DNA of 64,000 bases from Pristiophorus japonicus (GCF_044704955.1 NC_091999.1:62000001-62064000), one strand, 5' to 3'. Shown: positions 50,540 to 63,644, counted from the stretch's first letter. Program-made: numbers and translations. Notes: generated by a model not told the origin, from the letters alone.

Positions 50540-50765
50540 AGCCCCAGGGCACGTTAAAAAAATTGCAGGTTCGGTCATCTGCAGCCCAGAGATGGTTAAA
50601 CTGGTAAACTTTGTCACAATTTAGAGATCTGCAGAGAAACGTCTCTGGCAAAATATATTACTTTCATAATAGCCGATGTATTTCACCAGAATAATCTCGG
50701 TAGCAGGTAGGTTGTGGTAAGTGTTCCCTGCGCTGGTTTAAATTATGCTAATTAAGAAGGACATT
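50540..50765 (-). pseudogene. TCR alpha/delta-type variable (V) segment pseudogene, inverted relative to IgM
   Basis: Minus strand: CYRDYSGE (degraded WYRQ motif), FAR/RFSADL*IVTKFTSLTISGLQMTEPAIF, then CGT GCC CTG GGG CT and the heptamer; reconstructs to ISGLQMTDSAIYYCALG. FR1 and leader not securely identified. Confidence 0.8.
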
Positions 50766-52767
50766 AAATGATGATTTAAATAAGTTTTACAGGTAAAATC
50801 CAATGGAGTTCGGTAATGCAGCCTCAATATGAGATTACGGTATATGAAGGAGATAAAGCTGAAATAAATGTACTTACAACACCAGTTCCGAAGATCCAGA
50901 TCGTTACTAGTACGCCTGCACCTGATCCCGGCAACGCAGTTTACCTTATACCGCAATAACACCAGGGAAATTGGTGCCGATTTTGCAAGAGGAAAATTCG
51001 ATGCTCGTCATTTAAATGAATATTAATTTTTCCTTTGTCAATTTTTGTAGCAGAAAATGAATACAGCGCCGTCTATTTCTGTTGACTGAGAATCACGGTG
51101 CTTCAAACTGATCGACTATGTAAAAAATTCCAGGGAAACCACAGACCAAACCAAGAAGATATCTGTCATCGAGCGATTCGATAAAGCAATATCTGTAATT
51201 GAGGGAACTTTTAAAACAACATGTTGAATTTTTTTTCATAACAGGGATGAGGGGATTCTGTGCAGGGACTGGAGAAGCTGGCATTGATCTCATTAAAACA
51301 GAGAAGGTTAAGAAGAGATTTAATAGAGTTGTTCAAAATTATGAAGAGTTTTGAGAGATTAAATTAGGGAAACTGTTTCCACTAGCAGAAGGGTCGGTAA
51401 CCAAAGGACAAAGATTTAAAGTAATTGGGAAAGGAACCACAGATGACACGAGGAAATATTATTTTACCAGGCGAGTTGCTTTGATCCGCAATGCAGAGCC
51501 TGAAAAGGGGGAGGAAGCAGAGTCAGTAGCAACGTTCAAAATTGAATTGTGTAAACACTTGAACGAATAAACGAACAGTTCTATGGCGGAATGCAAAGGT
51601 GTGGGACTAATTGAACAGCTCTTGCAAAGAGGAGGCACAAAGGATCGTAACGGCGTCCTTAGGTGTTGTATCATTCTACGTACGGGACCGTTGTCCCGCA
51701 GCAATGCTCCAATTCCCCTTGAATCATGCTGCAAGTCTCTTTACAGCAAATCATAAGAAGAAGCGTATTCGTGTCGACCAAAACACAGCGGGGTTAATGG
51801 AAGGAGTAGTTTGGAGAAGGTTCTTTCACAGAGCGAGCACAGACAAGATTGGTCAGACGACCTCCTTCAATGCTGTATTATTGTGTGATTCTATATGTCA
51901 AGCACCATCCGGAATTTTCATTTATCGTTGTTACTTTATTGTCCATGGGTTGAAATACTGGAACTTCCTACGTGACATCACATTCACCACATGGACTGCA
52001 GCGGTGCAAGGAGAAAGCCCACCAACACTTTTTCAAGGGCAGCCAGTAATGCACAATAAATTCCGGCCTTGCCATCTACGCCCATATCTCGAGAATAGAT
52101 ACAAACATCTAAGAGAAACAGCGGGTATAGAAGGACAATCACCAAGTTAAACATTTCTTGGTTTCTGTCATTTTTGCTTTCTTTTACTATTACCTTATTT
52201 TGTTCTCTTACGCTTCTTGTTCTTTCTCCATTTCAATCTTTCTCTCCTCTCTCACACTTTCTCTCGTTCACTCTATTTACTGATTCCAATTTCTTCTTTT
52301 GCAATATTCATAACGTTGAATGGTTAAATTGCATCCCCGAATATTTTCTTATTTTGAACAAGTGAGGTGCAGTTGGGAGGGAGGCTTGAATTACCATTCA
52401 GAAATACTACCCAGAGCAATGCTCCTCCAAAATCTGTGTAACTCCTCCTTTATTGTTACTGAGTGGCATTCTGAGTGATGCGCCAAATTCACATGAGAGG
52501 GAGGAGAGTAACTACATCGTGGCGATTCGTCAATCCTATTCAAATGCTGTTACCCAATTAAAGAATTTGGTGCCTTTTACCAGGAAAGGAATTGCATGCA
52601 ATGCTTCTTTACTTTCTGTTATACCTCCCTGCCAAACAGTTGCTCACTTTACTGAGTATAGCAGCTTGCAATGGGAAATAGAATTTCAATTTTAAGGTGT
52701 TGTTGGTGACGTTGTAAGTGCGCCCATATCGTACCATCATATCATTATATTGTGGCTGGTGCAGGAT

Positions 52768-54100
52768 CATAGAATCATAGATTGGGTTACAGCATAAATG
52801 GATACATTTCGGCCTGTGGAGCCCCTGTCCGCACTCTGCAAGAGCACCTCAGCTATTCCCACTCCCCACCTTTTCCCCATAGCCCTGCATTTTTCCGCTT
52901 TAGATAGCTATCCAACATCCTTTTGAAAACCACCATTGAACTTGCCACCACCATCCTTTCAGGCAGTGCTTTCCAGATCATAACCACTCGCTGCATATAA
53001 AAGTTATTCCTCAAGTCGCCTTTGGTTCTTTTGCCAGTCCACTTAAATCTGTGTCCTCTTGTTCTCGAACCTTCCGCCAATGAGAAGAGTTTCACCCTGT
53101 CTTTTCTGTCCAGAACCCTCATGATTTTGAATACCTCTATCAAATGTCCTCTCAAGGTTCACTGCTCCAGAGAACAATTCCAGCTTCTCCAGTCTATGCA
53201 CGTAGATGAAATCCCTCATCCCTGGAACCATTCTTCTAATTTTTCTGCACTCTCTCGAAGGCCTTCACATCCTTCCTAAAGTGTGATGCACAGCATTGGA
53301 TACAACACTCCAGTTGAGCACGAACGAGCGTTTTATAGAGGATTATCTTAACTTCCATGCTTTGGTACGCTATGCCTCTATTTATGAAGTCCAGGATGGC
53401 GATTGTTATTTTAACTGCTTTCTCAACCTGCCACTCTCAACGATTTGTGAACGTGTATCCCAGGTCTCTCTGTTCATGCACGCCCTTTAGGATTGTACCC
53501 TTTAATTTATACTGCTTCTCCTCGTTCTTCCTACCAAAATGTTACACTTCACACTTTTCTGCATTGGATTTCATCTGCCACGGGTCCGCTAATTCCGCCA
53601 GCCTGCGGTCCCCTTTTGAAGTCTATCACTGTCCGCGTCAATGTTCATCATACTTCTAAGTTTTGTGTCGTCTGTAAATTTTGCAATTGAGACATGTACA
53701 CCCAAGTCCAATTCGTCAATATATATCAAGAAAAGCAACGTTCCTGATAAAGACCCCTGGGTAACACTGATACCTGAAAAACAGCTTCCAGCCAGAAACA
53801 CATACCATTCATCACTAATCCCTCTTTCCTGTCATTCAGCATATTTGGTACCCATGCTGTCACTTTCCCTTTTACTCTATGGGCTTCTACTTTGCAGGCA
53901 AACGTACTAGCTGGCACTTCGACAAATGCCTTTTGTAAGTCCATGTATACCACATCAACCGCATTGTCCTCATCTACCCTCTCTGTTACCAATGTAAAAA
54001 TACTCAATCAAGTTATTTAAACACCATTTACCTTTAACAACTGCATACTGGCTTCCTTTAATTAATCCATACTTGTCCAAGTGACTGTTAATTTTGTCTC
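52768..54100 (-). mobile_element. CR1 LINE fragment (RT to 3' end), degraded
   Basis: ORFs 53726..54007 (YMDLQKAF), 53589..53801 (FTDDTKL) and 52853..53155. Confidence 0.88.
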
Positions 54101-54706
54101 TATTTTTCGCAGGATCACAGAGACTGCTGCCATGATCCACCACTCGCAATATTCCTGAGAGTTATGAATCAAGGATATTCAGAGCGGTCTCTACAGGATA
54201 ACAACTGGTTGTCACATAGTCGCATAATCCTGACTCTAACAAGGAAATAAAGAAAGTACTGGATTTATATAGCACCTTTCACAACGCGTGAACGTCTCAA
54301 AGCGCTTTACAGCCAGTGAAATACTTTTTGAAAGTGTAGTCACTGTTGTAATGCAGTGAGCCGATGGTGATTCATGAGAGCTCAATAGAATGGAAAAGTA
54401 TTTGCTAGCATTCGTATGATAATACTACTCTGAGGAAACAAACCGCCGGCAGTACTGAAATAAGGCCCTCTGATTAAAATATAATCTTAATTACACGCAA
54501 ATCAGTTGTACGATTTCTCACACATGGATGTCAAGATATACGATATCGCGCATGTGGATGTCGAGATATTCGATTTCTCAGACTTGGATGTCGAGATGGG
54601 CCATGTTATTTGGGCTGATGGAGCTGGACAAAGCTGGTTCAGAACTGACAGGACAGGATGGCCCACTGGGTGTGATATTATGCAGAATTAACACGAAAAT
54701 ACATTT

Positions 54707-55616
54707 TTATAATTTGATTAATTTTATAAAGAGATTCATTGGATATTTCAGCGCATCCATTAACTCCTCTCTGAATTTACTCTGGATCACTGCATAAATA
54801 CACGTGTTTGTGCAGGAACTCAAAAGCTGAAGACTATTTCCGGTTTCTTGGAGAATACATTTTGGGTCTTTGAAATTGGAACCTGAGAAATAATTATTCT
54901 TTGTAATTCGGACATACAAGAAATTTACAACGTACACTGTCCATAATAGGATGAAACTGCCTGAGATGGTAAAGAGTAAAACGATGGACTTTCTCCGTCT
55001 CTCCATCTCTGGGTCGCTTTGATTCTCTCCACTGCTATGGGCCCGGAGCCTCCTGCGGGCTCTGCTGGTCGCTAGAATATGTCTGACGGTCAGAGCATTG
55101 AGCAGCAATATCAGGAGAAAGGGGAGTCATGGCGTTAAAATTCTGTCAAGCCAGTCATATACTATCCATAGAGGAGAAGTATAAAATATTACTTTGATGT
55201 TACATAACCACGGGACATTGTCAGTTATGAACATAGGTCCATATGTGAGATAAGAAGGAATGTTTTTTAAACAGCTCAGGGAACCGACCATGACTATAAT
55301 CAGAGCCGCATTTTTCTCAGTGCAATATTTTGTTTCAATTTCTGGCATCATATGGCCACAAATCGATCGAAGGTGAAAGCGACCGTTAACCAGACGGAAC
55401 TATCCGTGGCGACATAAATTAGGATAGATGTTATAGTACAGCCTGGAGTGGTGGACAGCAGACTAAATTGAAGATAAATTCCACTGATCCGGTTTAATAT
55501 CACAGCGGTGATAATGACCAGGAGATCTGCCACTGCCATGGACAGCAGGTACCAAGTGATACATCTGGAAAGACCGCACTTTCCTCGGGACAGGTTCACA
55601 ATTGTCACCAAGTTAG
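54707..55616 (-). pseudogene. GPR139/GPR142-like class A GPCR, main exon, pseudogenised
   Basis: Acceptor TTCTTGCAG| at 55616; NLVTIVNLSRGKCGLS, MAVADLL, TVAFTFDRFVAI, RRKSIVLLF, NTCIY; stops at 55348-55350 and 55127-55129 plus a 1-nt frameshift; first exon not found. Confidence 0.9.
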
Positions 55617-56024
55617 CTGCAAGAAAGAGACAGAAAAGAAATCAGTAACATTATGTATCACTCCTCCTAGATGTTTATTTATTTTGATCATATTTCAGTC
55701 TTAGATACTTCACCTCGCAATGGGAATTATTCAGTTACCTGTCGGCAGAGATTGATCTGTTAAGATTTGAATAGTGTTTGAGGAAGGGAAGCGGGAACAG
55801 CGAATGTGAAGGAGCGAGGGCGGACTGAAGCAATGAATGAGGAGCAGGACACTGAGAACAGGCCATGGAGTTTTAGGTGCAGCTTCGTGACTAAAACTGT
55901 TTATCGTTCACTGATTGTCAACCATTTACTGACGCAGAATATCCCTTCATTAAATGCATGGCTAAAATCACACGTCAATCATGCAATCATTAAATCAGTT
56001 CAGAAATTCGATCATATAGACTAA

Positions 56025-56683
56025 TAGAGTCATAGAAGTTTACAGCACGGAAGGAGGCCATTTAAGGCCCTCGACCAACAAGAGGCTATCCAGCTTAATC
56101 ACACGTTCCAGCTCTAGGTCTGTAATCCTGCAGGTTATGGCACATATGTTGCATATCCAAGTACTTTTTAAATGTGGTGAGGGGTTCTGCCTCCACCATC
56201 CTTTCAGGCAGTGAGTTCCAGACCACCACAACACTGCATGAAGAAATTCCCCTCAAATCCCCTTTAAAACTTTTAATAATTATTTTAAATTGATGTATCC
56301 TAGTTGTTGATCCCTCTGCTAATGGCAATAGACCCTTTCTATCCACTATATCTCGGCCCGTCATAACTTTATACACCTCAATGAAGTTTCCCCTCTGTTC
56401 CAAGAAAAACAAATCCAGACTATCCAATCTGTCCTCGTGGCTAATATTCCCCACTACCGGCAACATGCTCGTAAATCTCCAGTTCAATCATCTCCTTCCT
56501 GCAATGCGGTGACCAGAACTGCACGCAATACTTCAGCTGTGGCCAAACCAGTGTTTTATACAGTTGAAGCATAAGCCCCCCCTGCTCTTGTATTTTATGC
56601 CGCGGCTAATAAATGCAAGCTTTAATTATGCCTTATTAATCACCTTATCCACCTGGCCTGTTACTTTCAGGGAATCTGTGGAC
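56025..56683 (-). mobile_element. CR1 3' fragment that hosts the Tx1 insertion (continues at 63860-64000)
   Basis: ORF 56095..56487; CR1 sequence resumes after the TSD. Confidence 0.82.
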
Positions 56684-57625
56684 CAATGGTGGAGCTTTGG
56701 AGGCGTGGCCTAATCAGTTGGAGCATTGCTGCTGTGAGAGAAGGAATTCCCTGCTGAAGCTCCTGTCTGGAAGGCCGAGAGTGAACCCTGAGTCCAGCCC
56801 AGGAAGAGGAGGAGAGGGCTGGCTTACTACAATTCAAGGTCCAGAGGGAGAGGAGGAGAGCAGAAAATGTATCATTTATTGCTACTACAGAGAGTTGGAG
56901 AGAGGGGGAAAAGAACATCCTGAGAAAACACCATCCAGTGTGGAAGGAGGGAGAGCCATTTCGACAATCTTCGACAGGTGAGTGTGTTTTGGTGCATTCC
57001 CCGAAAGACTTTGTTGTATCGGTGGGGGGAGGAAAGAAAACATTTCGAGGGCCGGAACATCGCGGCGGGTGTGTGTGTGTGGAAGTGTGTGTGGGGGTCT
57101 AGCTTACAGCTAGGCCCCACACACCACTGAATCACACCTCCCTCATTGCCTAGCCTGGGATAGCTGGAGCTACCTGGCTGAAGTAGTACTAATTACCCTA
57201 TTAAACATCGTTGGGAGTGTGTGCCTGGGTGGCTCCAGCTAACCCAGGTGAAGACATCTTCTCCCCCCACCCGAAGACCATTCTACAAAGACTGTGTTTT
57301 TTGCCATCTGGGGAGTGTACCCCAAGAAACACCCACCCATCACTGTGAGGGGAGACCTGCCCTCGCAGCTACCCTCTTTCATACCCCCCTCGCTCTTTCT
57401 CTCTCTCTCTCTGTCTCTCCCCTCTCTCTGTGAGAGCCCTTTGCTCCTAATTATAAAACAATTAAGACAACTGAGCAGAGAGAGCAAGGCCCCTCCCCAT
57501 TCGGGAACTAGGGGAGAGGTGTGACTCTTTTAGAGCTCCCTCTGCTCAAAACACCAACGAGACCAATTAAAGACTATTAAGGCCTGTGACTTTGGGGTGG
57601 GTGTAGCCCTTAAAGGGACCCCGTG

Positions 57626-59697
57626 ATGGCGACCCCATCCACGCTGGTGGCAGGGCCAGCTAGGACATATGCGCAGGCGGCGTCCACATCCACGGTGCCT
57701 CCTGCGCCTCCTGCGCCTGCTGCTGCCCTGCCACCATTCATTCTGATAACAAAAAAACACGGGGTCAAGAGCTACACTCACCCCACAATGAGCATTGAAG
57801 AGTGCGTGCGGGCGATGGCTGGGGTAGTCGGCCCCTCGGCCATTGTCACAGCCTCCAAGATGTCTGGGAAGGCCGTGTTCTTCATGGGGTCAGAGCGGGC
57901 GGTGTCCCTGGCCCTCGAAAAGGGGCTCACGGTGGGCGGGACGTTCCTGCCGGTGGACCCTCTCGAGGCCACCGCGCAGAGGGTCATCATATCAAAAGTC
58001 CCGCCCTTTGTTCTCGCTGAGCTCCTCCTCCCTCACCTACACAAACTAGGGGAGGTAAGGTCGGGGATCAACCCCATACCGCTCGGCCTCAGGGAGAGCA
58101 GCCTGCGCCACGTTTTCTCCTTCCGCCGCCAGCTCTTTGTCCGGCTGGCGCGGGAGGAGACGACGGAGGGCAATTTTAATGTGGTGCATGAGGGGTCAGC
58201 CTACCGCGTCTTTTGGACGTCGGACGGCGTGCGGTGCCATGCCTGCAGCGAGGTGGGGCACGTTCGCAAGAACTGTTCCGCCTCCAAAGCCGCCAAACCA
58301 CCGAAGGCGGCCAAGGCTGGCGCCGCCGCCACCACTCCCCCTAGTAGCGTCCGCGTGCCGGGAGCTGTGGGTGCGCGATCATCGTCGGGGGCCTTTGTTT
58401 TCAATGCCTCCAGCGGGGGGAGAGGGAGAGCGTCCGATCGGAAAGAAGGTGCGGAGGAAGGCAAAACATCTCGAGGCGGGTCCCCTCAGTGCGCCAGACA
58501 GCTTGAACACCGCGCTCAGCCCAACCCTGACATCGGCGAGCGCGGGGTGCCCTGAGCCCATGCCCAAGCCCTTCACCAGTATCACAGAGGGGCTCGGGCG
58601 CGGGCAAGAAAAGAAAAAGGAGTGGGGTGGAGCGGGAGGCCTCGGCAGACATGGAGGTCTCCCTGCCTCCGCGCTCACCCAGGAACAAAAGGAGGCGCCG
58701 CTCCAATGAGGCGGAGGGGGAACAACATCCCTCCGTGGAGGAGTCGGTGCCTGCCGCGTGTCCCGCGTCCCCCACGAGCGCCTCCAAACTGCGCCGTAGG
58801 CAGGAGGAATCTGTCCCCGGGGAGGGTGAGACAGTCGAGGCTGCCCAGCATCTGCCTCCCGGGGATGGCGTGGAAGATCTGCCTGTCGTGGGGGGCGTGG
58901 GGCCAGCGGTGGATTTCATTGCCGCCGGGTCGAGCGTCCCGGGGACTGAGGTGGGCGGGGCCGAAAATGCCGAACCTGAGCCCGCCCAGCCAATATCCAA
59001 CTTCCCCCGGGACTTGCTCGACTCGGCGGAAATACACAGTATCAACAATTTTTATGAATCTGTACACGCTGGGCCGGGGGGTGGCGGCGGGGAGGGGGAA
59101 GAACAACAACCCTCGCCCCCGACTTTGAAGCTGGGGTACTTGGAGGACCTGGAACATTACTTTGGCCAGGTCTCTCCGTGTTCCCCGGTTCCTGGGGAGG
59201 GGGAGGATCCCCTTCCGCTGTCACTTCCTGACCCAGCACCACTTTTAACAGAGCCCAGTGGAGACTCCTCTGCCGACGATCCTGGGGGTGGGATCGGAGC
59301 AGAGCCAGGGCCGGATGGAGCGGCCGGGCCGTTTGCCGTACCTCGTGCGGTCCACGGGCCGGCTGCTAGCGGCGACCACCCGGAGGGGGACGGGGACTCG
59401 GTGGAGGACGCGGGTGTAGATCTCGAGTCCATCGCCAGTGAGGCGGTGGATCTCCTCGTGCCCGCCGCTGAGTCCCCCCTCATTCCCGTAGAGGAACTCC
59501 GGGACTTTTTGGCCCAGAGCCAGGGTCGCCGCGACCAAGCCCATCTGGCCCGGGAAAGATGGTCCGAGCCGGGATTGCTCATCGCTTCCGTCCGCATCGC
59601 CACTAAAACCATGGCCGCGTGCGTGCCCTTATCAAAGGCGCAAGGCCTTGAGCTGCGCCGGCTCAAAAAGTTCCTCGCTGGGCTGCTGAAGGAGTAA
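57626..59697 (+). pseudogene. Tx1 ORF1 (CCHC knuckle, acidic C-terminal half), frameshifted
   Basis: RTYAQAA, IVTASKM, VIISKVPPF, VFSFRRQ, CHACSEVGHVRKNC; continues through ORFs 58137..58709 and 58627..59697. Confidence 0.88.
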
Positions 59698-59766
59698 AGG
59701 TCACCAAAGGACTCCACTCCCCCCCCCCCACAATAGGTTAGGTAGAGGTTGCATTATGCTTTTGTC

Positions 59767-62700
59767 ATGAAGATAACCATAGCCAGCCTCAACATCAATG
59801 GCAGCAGAGGGGCACACCGTTGATTTAACAATTTTTCGCTCCTGCGTGAGGGGAAATATGCGGTGTGCTTCCTGCAAGAAACACACACCGTTCCAGGAGA
59901 CGAAGCCACGTGGCTCCTGGAATGGCAAGGAGAGGTCCGCATGAGCCACCTCACTACCACTTCTTGTCGGGTGGCCATCTTGTTGGCCCCGCATTTTCAG
60001 CCGGAGATCTTGGTGGTCGAGGAGCCCGTGTCAGGCCGCTTGCTGCACGTCACGGTTCGCCTGGGGGACGTGCCGCTCTATCTCGTGAACGTGTACGCCC
60101 CTCAGCCCGGACCGCAGCAGACGCGCTTCTTCGAAGAGGTGTCCGCTCTTCTTGGCTCCGTCGACGTCAGTGACTGCATTGTCCTCGGGGGGGATTTTAA
60201 CTGCACCCTCTCGGCGAGGGACCACTCCGGTGCCCCGCAGAGCATGACGGCGATGGAGAAGTTGTGGGACCTGGTCGGGTCCTTCGACTTGGTGGACGTC
60301 TGGCGAAATCTCCATCCCGACTCCAGCGCCTTTACTTGGGTGAGGCCTGGAGTGGGATGGTCCAGAGTCGACCGCCTTTACGTGTCTCGGGCGTACGTTT
60401 CCTGCGTCCCGGCGGCCTCCATGCGACCGGTGCTGTGTTCGGACCACCACTTGGTGTGGGCGGAGCTCGCTTCGCTCCGTGCGAGGACGGGGTCCACGTA
60501 CTGGCATTTTAACAACCAGCTGCTGGAGGACGTGCGGTTCCAGGACTCGTTCCGTCGTTTCTGGGCCGACTGTAGGAGGAAGCAGGGGGGCTTCCCCTCC
60601 TTGAGGCTGTGGTGGGACGTGGGCAAGGCTCATATACGCGTCTTCTGTCAAGAGTACGCAAGGGGGTCGACCTAGAGGCGGGCGGCCAGGGTCGGGCGCC
60701 TAGAAAAAAAGGTGCTCGACCTGGAGTCCCGTGTCGGTCAAGTCGTCGAGGACCCGGACTGCCGATGGTGTACGAAGTGAAGAAGGCCGCGCTGAAGGAC
60801 GTGCAGCTCGTCGGGTCCCGAGGCGCGTTCGTGAGGTCGCGGATCCGGTTCCTGCGGGATCTGGACCGTGGCTCCCCCTTCTTCTACTCTCTGGAAAAAA
60901 AGCAGAGTGTCCGTCAGCAGCTCTTGACGCTGCTGGCCGACGACGGCTCTCTCGTCTCGGATCCGGAGGGCGTCAACAACACGGCCCGTGAATATTATGG
61001 GGCTCTGCTTTCTCCGGATCCGTCCAGCGATGAAGCGCGTAGAGTTTTGTGGGAGGACCTGCCGAAGGTCAGCCCGGAGGGCGCCGAAAATCTGGAAGCT
61101 CCGCTAAGCTTGGCGGAGCTGACCGGCGCCCTCGCCCGTCTCTCGAGGAGAAAAGCCCCGGGGCTGGACGGGCTGACCGTGGAGTTCCACAGGGCATTCT
61201 GGGACGTCCTGGGGGGCGACTATGCGCGGGTCCTGGGGGAAAGTCTGGCGACCGGGGAGATGCCCCTCTCTTGGCGCAGGGCAGTCATCGTCTTGCTGCC
61301 GAAGAAGGGCGATCTCCGCCTCCTTAAGAACTGGCGCCCAGTCTCCCTCCTCAGCACGGACTACAAAATCTTCGCCAGGGCGATGTCTGCTCGCCTTGGT
61401 GCCGTGCTGGACCTCATGATCCACCCCGACCAGTCCTACACGGTATCTGGCCGGACAATTCACGATAATATCCATCTGGTCCGGGACCTCATCCATCATT
61501 CCCAGGAGGCTGGTCTGTCGGTCGCCTTCCTATCTCTCGACCAAGATAAGGCGTTCGACAGGGTGGATCACGACTACCTGTTCGGGACTCTGCGAGCTTT
61601 CGGGTTTGGCACGCATTTCGTCGCCCGGATCCGACTTTTGCACGCCGCTGCAGAGTGTCTGATAAAGGTAAACGGGTTCTTGACGGCGCCCCTTGGCTTT
61701 GGGAGAGGGATGCGCCAGGGATGCCCCATGTCCTGCCATTTATATGCCATCAGCGTGGAGCCTTTCCTGCGCCTCCTGCGGACGAGGTTGACGGGACTGG
61801 CTCTGCAAGGGCCGGGCGTGGAGGTCGTCCTCTCGGCTTACGCCGATGACGTGCTCCTCGCGGTAGAGGATCCCGCTGACCTGCGGAGGATGCGTGAGTG
61901 CCGGGAGATTTACTCGGCCGCATCCTCCGCCAGCATCAACTGGGGGAAATGTTCCGGACTCCTGGTTGGTCAGTGGCGGGTGGACTCCCTGCCGGAGGAG
62001 CTCAGGCCTTTTGCCTGGAGCACGACCCATCTCCTCTATCTGGGAGTCTACCTTAGCCCCGACGAGAAATCCTGGCCAGCGAACTGGCAAGAGCTGGAGG
62101 CCAAATTCGCCGCTCGCCTAGGGTGCTGGACAGTACTGCTCCGAGTGCTGTCCTACAGGGGTCGAGCGCTAGTCATGTTGTGGTACCGGCTGGCCACTTT
62201 GACCCCTCCCCCTGCGTTTGTCACCAAGATACAGAAGAAGCTGGTGGATTTCTTCTGGAACAACAGGAAGCACTGGGTCTCTGCCGCGGTCTTGAGTCTC
62301 CTGCTTGGGGAGGGCGGTCAGTCGTTGGTGTGCGTCAGCACCCAGCTCGCGACTTTCCGTCTTCAGACCCTGCAGAGATACCTTTACGTTGAGCCCCCTC
62401 CTAGGTGGTGTGCTCTGGCGACGTATTTCTTCCGCCAGCAGCACGGCCTCAACTACGACATGCAGCTCCTGTTTGTGAGCTTGGGGGGCGTCAGGACCGC
62501 CTTCCAGGAGCTGCCTGTCTTTTACAAGGAACTCACCACGGTCTGGAACAAAGTCTCCACCAAGCGCAGCTCTCCACCGGCTGGAGTGGCGGCCGTCCTG
62601 CAGGAGCCGCTGCTCGGGAATCCGTATCTCCACGACCGAGGTTTTAGGTGGCGGTCGGACGAGAGGGCTGTGGCTGGTGAGGTGACCAGGGTTAGGAACC

Positions 62701-63644
62701 TGCTCGATGGCGAAGGAGCGGGCTGGATGGCGCCAGACATGCTGGCGTGGCGCCTAAATTCCACCAACGTCCGCCACGCGGCCAATGCCATTGAGTCGCT
62801 AAAAACAGCTCTGGACCTTGACTCCATTAGATGCATCGAGGAGGCTCAAGCACGTGGGGAGATCCCGTCCGAACTGACCCACGTCCGGACGGAATTCCTC
62901 ATCGGCGCCAAACCCTGGAACCTCCCTCGGGAGCCGGCGCCTCACAACTTGAGCCGCCTCGAGGAAATCCCCTCCGAGCCTTTCAGTTCCGTGCGGAGCG
63001 GTTTCCTGTACGGGCTGCTCCTGCACACTCTCAACTTTGCCATCCTCGTCTGCCATCCGGACACGCCATGGCGTACCATCTTGCCGTCCGGAGGAGGCGG
63101 GGGTCACCAATAGAGGGCACTCGACGCGGGAGTCCTTCCAGTATTTATCGGGGATTTGGCATGGAGGGTGGTGCACGGAGCAGTCCCGTGCAATAAATTT
63201 TTAAACCAGTTCACGGGCTCGCAGTCCGCCTGCAATTTCTGCGGTCTGGAAGAGTCCGTGTTCCATGTTTTTATGGAATGCGCGAGGTTGCAGCCCCTTT
63301 TTTATTATTTAAAGGGGCTGCTCCTGAAATTCTGGCTGCACTTCAGTCCCACACTCCTGATCCTTGGACACCCTGTGCGGAGGGGAGCGGGTAGGTCCGA
63401 GGGCCTCCTCGTAGGACTGCTCCTGGGCACGGCCAAGGGTGCCATCAGCCGGTCCAGGCAGTGGGCGGTCGAGGGGGTCGTACAACCTGACTGCCTGCCT
63501 CTCTTCCGCGCATACATCCGTGCCAGGGTGTCCTTGGAGATGGAGCATGCGATGTCCACCGGTACGCTCGTGGCCTTCCGCGAGAGGTGGGCGCCGGAGG
63601 GACTGGAGTGCATCGTCACGCCCGGCAACCAAATTTTAATTTGA
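59767..63644 (+). pseudogene. Tx1 ORF2 (AP endonuclease, RT, C-terminal zinc finger), disrupted
   Basis: MKITIASLNING, FLQETH, GGDFN, SDH; KAPGLDG, NWRPVSLL, DQDKAFDRV, YADD (61839-61850); CNFC..H..C; stops at 59821, 60673 and 63111; frameshift near 60760. Confidence 0.93.

Noticed and set aside
50540-50575. Reading the RSS as that of a plus-strand J segment (PQGT..)
   Set aside because: No F/W-G-x-G motif; the minus strand gives a much better V framework 3.
58137-63639. Numerous overlapping and antisense ORFs in the Tx1 element
   Set aside because: Expected from high GC content; no recognisable domains outside the ORF1 and ORF2 frames.
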